From Eledone cirrhosa (lineage: Eukaryota), in assembly GCA_964016885.1 (NCBI GenBank), contig OZ024740.1:130944001-131008000 (forward strand): a DNA stretch of 64,000 nucleotides, given 5' to 3'. The position numbers and the translations under genes were made by a program. A model generated the notes under the pieces. That model was given only the letters and a program-made list of their open reading frames with translations. It had not been told where the DNA came from and searched no databases. Of this stretch, positions 59,165-64,000 are shown piece after piece (position 1 is the stretch's first letter; every line of letters starts with the position of its first letter).

Positions 59165-60028
59165 GAATAGTATAGGCTGCCATTTCTAGCAGCTTGTTCT
59201 GTTCATGCCACCGTTTACTGCCACGCGCACACATTTCTCTTATGTCTACACGTGCGAAAGGTAGTTTAATTTAGTTCTCTCTAGTAGTGCGGACAATATC
59301 GCCCTTCCACATTATCATGACCCACCGGGCCGTATTGGAACCCATTAAAATGGCGAAACATTGTCCTGGTGAGTGTGTACATGTGTGATTTAGGTGAGGT
59401 TGTTTTTTTATTTCAATTTATACTTTTAATTTTAATGTTTTTCCTATGCCACTAGTAGCTTATATTCTATTCACGCTGGTGGTTGGCAATTCCTGTAAAG
59501 AAAATCACTCTTCTGAGTCTTTCCCCTCTATACATTGTATTTTAAAGTGCCTAGGAACACTCTTTCATTTGAGCTCATTTAATTACAGGATTATACGCGC
59601 TTCCTTTGCTCCATTATTTTTAATTGATATTTGCTCCTTGCGCTCTCTCTGCTGTTGAGCACCATAAATTGAATAGTATAGGCTGCCATTTCTAGCAGCT
59701 TGTTCTGTTCATGCCACCAGTTACTGCCCCGCGCACGCATTTCTCTTATATCTACACGTGCGAAAGGTAGTACTTTAGTTCTCTCTAGTAGTGCGGACAA
59801 TATCGGCCTTTCACATACTGATGACCCACCGGACCGTATTGGAACCCACTAAAATGGCGAAACATTCTCCTGGTGAGTGTGTACATGTGTGATTTAGGTG
59901 AGGTTGGTTTCTCATTGCAATTTATACTTTTAAAATGTTTTCCCTATGCCACTAGTAGCGCTATATTCTCTTCACGCTTGTGGTTTGAAATTCCTGTAAA
60001 GAAAAACAAAATCTTCTGTGTCTTTCCC

Positions 60029-60032
<4 letters not shown>
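59164..60032. repeat. Family E: ~506 bp tandem repeat between (TA)n tracts, with an HHR-like motif at 59811-59890 (+)
   Basis: 59164-59533 matches 59670-60032. CACATA CTGATGA CCCA..TGGC GAAA CATTCTC..GAGTGTG TA^ CATGTG. Confidence 0.8.
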
Positions 60033-60080
<48 letters not shown>

Positions 60081-60187
60081 GTTTACACACATATATATAT
60101 ATATATATAAAGTCATAAATATATATGTGTTTTTCAACGGGTCACTTTTTGGTTCAATAAAGAATTAATAAATTAAATAATTAGAGC

Positions 60188-60817
60188 TATATATCATAAA
60201 AAATGTCTATAGAATCACCAGATAAAATATATACCGTTTCCTCTCCCAATTAGCATAATTAACCATATAAAAATCAATTAGACCAAGCTATAAGAATAAC
60301 GCCTCCTATGAAGAAATCTCCGACAAATAACCGAAAGCAGACCCTTCGCGGCGGTTACTACTAATTATTTATCAAATATTTCGACAGCATGTATAAATCG
60401 ACCAGATATACAGTAAACTAAACAGAATTAGGTGTAAAATAAACTAGAAGAAAAGTGTACATATTTAATGACTTCTGCCATGGTTTCATCCGCATTTTAA
60501 GACATCCGATAACATTGGATATCTATAGCTTCGGATTCTTCAGGAAGTTAGCTCAAATTTAGACAATTAATTTTCCAAAGTAATCGCGCCAAGAATACAT
60601 TCAAAAATGCCTAAGAATCGTGACGTGGCAGCGGTCAAGTTAGAAAGGATGTGATTAGTTGCTTACGGCTGGTAGTCTTTTTGCTAGAAAGCGCAGCTCA
60701 ATCATAGGAGCCTTTATTCTATTAGCTTGGTCTAATTGATTTTTTATATGGTTAATTATGCTAATTGGTAGAGTAAACGGTATATATTTTATCTGGTCAT
60801 TCTATAGACATGTTTTA

Positions 60818-60826
<9 letters not shown>
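60188..60826. mobile_element. MITE-like element with ~125 bp imperfect terminal inverted repeats
   Basis: 60188-60311 is approximately the reverse complement of 60702-60826; TA context; no ORF. Confidence 0.7.
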
Positions 60827-60887
<61 letters not shown>

Positions 60888-62764
60888 CTGTCGAGTTTAA
60901 ATATGTGATTTATTGTACAAAGCTATGTCCGATGGGATTAAAATTGACCGTCTTAATTTCTTGGAGTTTATGTTATATTTCCATTGTCAGGTTTTTGAGC
61001 GTATATGTGTATTTTAACGTTTACATTTATGAGTATGTGAACAAATTTGCATAGTTATTCATTGTTACCATTTTTTCGAAGCAAACATTTCAGATTCTAT
61101 TACATTGAAAATATTGAATCAAGAAAAAATATCACCTACTGGAAATAGAATAAAATGATAATAAATGCAAATATTATCAAAATATCATTTATTTTATATT
61201 TAATATTATTTACTTTAAAATTTATTCCCGCCGTGTTTCATGACAACAGTCTCACATTAATATTTTGATAGCATAATATTAAAGGAAATAAACTGCAAAA
61301 CACACAAAGATTTTTAAGTATATGAATTAAAATTTCATAACCTTAAGTAAAAAATATAATAGTGGTATATGTTACAATGATGCTGCTGCTGATGATGTTA
61401 TTCTTTCTCATAGATAAAGTAAAAACAAAAAGCTAAACAAGCTGTTTTGTTAATGGTGATGTTGATATTGCCGAGGAGGTTTTAACCAATATAAGTGAAT
61501 ATTTCCTAGATAGGCTCGCAATCTCACATTTATAGATATCACAGTTATTGCAATGCTGTTATGTTAAACTAATGGGGAATAAAGATGAATTTCATTTGAA
61601 AGTGATTCGCTACAGTTCATAATTTGTACGTAGGTATTACTTCTTATCTCCAGGTTTCATTCATGCGAATATTAATTGGATTTGACCGGAATGCTATTCA
61701 TTTTACTAATTTCATTTCTCTGTAAAAATATAGATTATGCATAAAAGTAAAATGGTGCATTGTAAGCCTTCTTATTAGTGTTGCATATTCTTCAATTAGA
61801 ACGTAGTTTGACAATAATGTAATTCCAAAAGTATCTTTTTAGATTTGATATTGAAATATTACATATGTCATATCGCCTTCTGAATATGATGTGTAGCTTT
61901 CTACATATATGAACATGTTCTTTCATTCAATCGTAACATGAAATATGGCAAGTTACAAGAGCATATTGTAAAAACCGATCCGAGCTGGACACCCTATTTT
62001 GGTGAGAGTGTACTTTCATTCATGCTTGAAATAGTAAGTGAATGTTTTCTGGTCATTACAACCCGTTTCATTAGATATGAAATATAATTGCGCAGTCAGC
62101 ACCTGCGCAAGAAAATATGTGACTAGGCATATATTGAACATGTTATATTTCATTACATTTTTCAGTCAGTTATGCCTATATCTCATATATAAATTCATAC
62201 GTACACGTATAGAGATGCAGTTACATAGATACTAAATAGCTTCTCCTAAAGTATCACCCTTTGTGGCATTCATTAAATGATCAAGACAGCGAATTGTTAC
62301 GTAGGGTGCGACGTCAACGCTGCATAATGTGTTAGTGTCAGGTGATATAGAAAATAGCAGAGTGCATCAGTCGATTAGCTCTTTTATTTCTCTCATCAAA
62401 TGTGGTGTATTTTGTTAAATACAGTATATCACTCAAATACATATTTCATAGCTGCATAAATTGGAAGGCAGGCATTGAATAGTCTAGTGATGAAAAGGGT
62501 TTCAATTTGTATTTTATATCATATTTACATTGATATACATCCAACAAGGTGTTAAGAACATGCACCACTATAGGTTAATGACAGGTAGAACAAAGTAATT
62601 ATAATGTGTCCACATTAGACACTAATTAAATTAAAATATGAATAAACAATCGTTTTAATACTTCAAAGATTTATGATCTGAGGCAAAAATAAATGACAGA
62701 AGATATAGTACACATAATTGTTTCTACGTTAGGCACAAGGCCAGCAATTATCCAGGATATACTA

Positions 62765-63140
62765 GTAAAATGGTGCTCCCGCGTATTTAGAGTACGATTG
62801 AATATGATAGGTTTTCTAAAATTGCAGTTTATCATAAACAGCGCACAATTGTTATTTACTAAGCCTTTCTCATATGTTATCTTGATAGTTAATTCAAAAT
62901 GAAAAAGAAAAAAAATGACATGATTTAGATATAGTACACATAATGAAGCCTGTCAAACAGTCAAGGAGATACACGTAAAATGGTGCTCCCACGTATTTAG
63001 AGTACGATTGAATATGATAGGTTTTCTAAAATTGCAGTTTATCATAAACAGCGCACAATTGTTATTTACTAAGCCTTTCTCATATTTTATCTTGATAGTT
63101 AATTCAAAATGAAAAAGAAAAAAAATGACATGATTTAGAT
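62765..63140. repeat. Tandem duplication, ~210 bp period
   Basis: 62765-62930 matches 62975-63140. Confidence 0.9.
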
Positions 63141-63427
63141 GTTCTTGTTTATATGCTTCATTCCACCTGATATATGTTATCTGCTGATTGACCTTTCTCT
63201 GTGTAAATTATATTATGTTATCTTTAAATATGGTTGTCTCAATATCTCCTTCAATTCGCAAATTGTAATTTCTAAAAAGTATGTGTTTGTATATTTATTT
63301 CTCTAATTGAACAATACATTGTATGTATATGTCTTTAAATGTACACGTTCAGAATTGCCTTTTTTGTATATTTCTTTACAACGCATACTGGACTACATCA
63401 TCCCTTTCCCTGTACATTAACTATAAT

Positions 63428-63611
63428 TGTTTCTATTTTGGGCACAAGGCCAGCAATTACCCAGTGCATTACTGGTACTTTATTTTATCGACCCCGTAAG
63501 GATGAAAGACAAAGTCAACCTCGGCGGGTTTTGAACTCAGATCGTAAAGGGACGTAACTATACTGGAAAGCATGGCGTCCGACCCTCTACCTATACTGCC
63601 AATCCACCGCT
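63428..63611 (-). mobile_element. Near full-length tRNA-type SINE with a 17 bp TSD
   Basis: TSD tgtacattaactataat at 63411-63427 and 63612-63628; B box GTTCAAAACC on the minus strand. Confidence 0.92.
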
Positions 63612-64000
63612 TGTACATTAACTATAATGTGTATCGATTTCATACACACTCTATGAGACATAGTTGCATGACATGTTTCATTCATACACCGTTTAAACAC
63701 AGTGTTTAGAAGGCACAACACAATATTTGAAGGACATATTAATGTTGCAAAACCTACTTCAGGCTCATGTGCATTTCGATATTTTCAAATCAGTATGTAT
63801 CTAGAGATATTTAAGAGATATGCTAAGAGTTGTAGCTGACATCTTATTGTTTGGCATAATATGGCTTCAAACATTTATGGATATAATAACTACTTTATCA
63901 ATTTCATGACGATTTTTTATATCATATATGCGCAGAACATGCCACTTTAAGTGATTATTTTTGTCATAGTTACTCCTGAATCAGCGTAATCAAAATAGTC

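Overview
Repeat-dense, AT-rich eukaryotic DNA with no confidently identifiable host gene. The SINE family and long (TA)n tracts look cephalopod, probably Octopus (recognition, not a database result). Coding content is retroelement-derived: a Penelope-like element (Naiad-like RT+GIY-YIG) at 1-2.8 kb, a second PLE GIY-YIG fragment, a CRE-like RLE fragment, Dong/R4-clade LINEs, two copies of a Tx1/L1-clade LINE, degenerate RTE/CR1-group remnants and tRNA-type SINEs. Two unexplained signals stand out. (1) About 20 hammerhead ribozyme (HHR) motifs from at least six sequence families, mostly minimal type I HHRs with a palindromic stem III, lie in ~470-530 bp tandem units arranged head-to-head between (TA)n tracts, consistent with non-autonomous retrozyme/PLE-type elements. 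(2) Both Tx1 copies carry a candidate 52-53 nt GT-AG intron whose removal deletes the ORF1 stop and fuses ORF1 in frame to an AUG-less ORF2. All ribozyme folds were done by eye and none is experimentally validated.
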